From positions 283,836,001-283,900,000 of the forward strand of contig OZ024741.1 in the NCBI GenBank assembly GCA_964016885.1: a stretch of 64,000 nt of DNA, in the 5' to 3' direction. A program made the position numbers and the translations under genes. The notes below the pieces were generated by a model. The model ran no database searches. It was not told the DNA's origin and saw nothing but the letters and a program-made list of their open reading frames with translations. The DNA is from Eledone cirrhosa (taxonomy: Eukaryota). Shown in pieces: positions 63,447 through 64,000 of the stretch. Within the stretch, counting starts at the first letter, position 1; the number at the start of each line of letters is the position of its first letter.

Positions 63447-63491
63447 CTTGTTCATATGACTCTTTACTATGTATTATTGAGGGTAAAAGAA
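63447..63491 (-). CDS. Module 4 exon C (45 nt, phase 1-1): xLLPSIIHSKESYEQ; most 5' visible exon of the tandem-domain gene
   Basis: Minus strand: ttttcag acceptor, CAAG|GTGAGT donor; same length and YE motif as three paralogous exons. Confidence 0.8.
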
Positions 63492-63568
63492 CTGAAAAAT
63501 ATAATAATAATAATATTGATAATAATAACAAATAATAATACTATTAATATTCATTATAATAATATTAA

Positions 63569-64000
63569 TAATGCTTTCTTTATTAACCACATGGGTTTAC
63601 ATAAAGTAGACATTAAGGACAGTACAGGACAATACAGGACGGTACAAATGGACATTTCTGCGTGTAAAAAAACAGAGGATGTAATAAAAAAATAACAATG
63701 AAAAATTCCCCAATAGGGGGGAGACTTCTGAGGGACATTTGTGGAGAAAGCCCATTAAAAGGCCACAGTGACCCTGACCACCAGGGCAAGTGCCCTCTCC
63801 CAGTTTTCCACTTTTAATTTACAGACAGATACTCAGAGTAGGCCCATTCACTCGGGCCATACTTGCTTCTCTCACCCATCTTTCAACAAAATGCTGGGAA
63901 GAGAGCACTTCCCTCTCTACCCTGATTTTCCTTTTCAAATGAAATTTGAAAAAAGTTAATCAGGGCATCACCGAAGTGGTAAGTGCTCGTCTTCAGCCCT
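63569..64000 (-). mobile_element. Tx1/L1-clade LINE 3' end (continues beyond window)
   Basis: 3' UTR matches 26064 and 39384 copies; abuts AAT-rich tract. Confidence 0.88.

Noticed and set aside
9395-63491. Assigning a gene symbol or fucose-binding function to the modular gene
   Set aside because: Resemblance to F-type lectin domains is by eye only and key ligand residues are missing; no signal peptide, TM or catalytic exons are visible

Overview
AT-rich, repeat-dense eukaryotic (metazoan) DNA. The mix of Nin/CORE SINEs, Dong/R4, RTE, Tx1, CR1 and Penelope-like elements plus huge TA/TG microsatellites is consistent with an octopus/cephalopod genome (inference). Almost all ORF-track entries are retroelement remnants or low-complexity artefacts. 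The real host gene is mostly missed by the ORF track: a minus-strand gene built from four tandemly duplicated exon modules. Each module is a 45-nt exon, a 69/72-nt exon and a 162-nt exon; two modules also carry a candidate 9/24-nt micro-exon. Every exon is symmetric phase 1-1 with GT-AG sites, and the 12 core exons splice into one open 371-codon frame. It encodes four ~93-aa, 4-Cys, N-glycosylated domains loosely resembling F-type lectin/galactose-binding beta-sandwiches. Exon copies differ mostly by amino-acid-changing substitutions and are mosaics of each other, while some flanking intron blocks are nearly identical, suggesting a diversifying extracellular recognition protein. Introns carry a module-specific 35-37-bp satellite (absent to 8.7 kb), stacks of (AAT)n-associated Dong/R4 and Tx1 LINEs, and hammerhead-ribozyme motifs of several Penelope-type families. 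The gene's start and end are not identifiable in the window. Exon coordinates were read base by base; TE boundaries are approximate.
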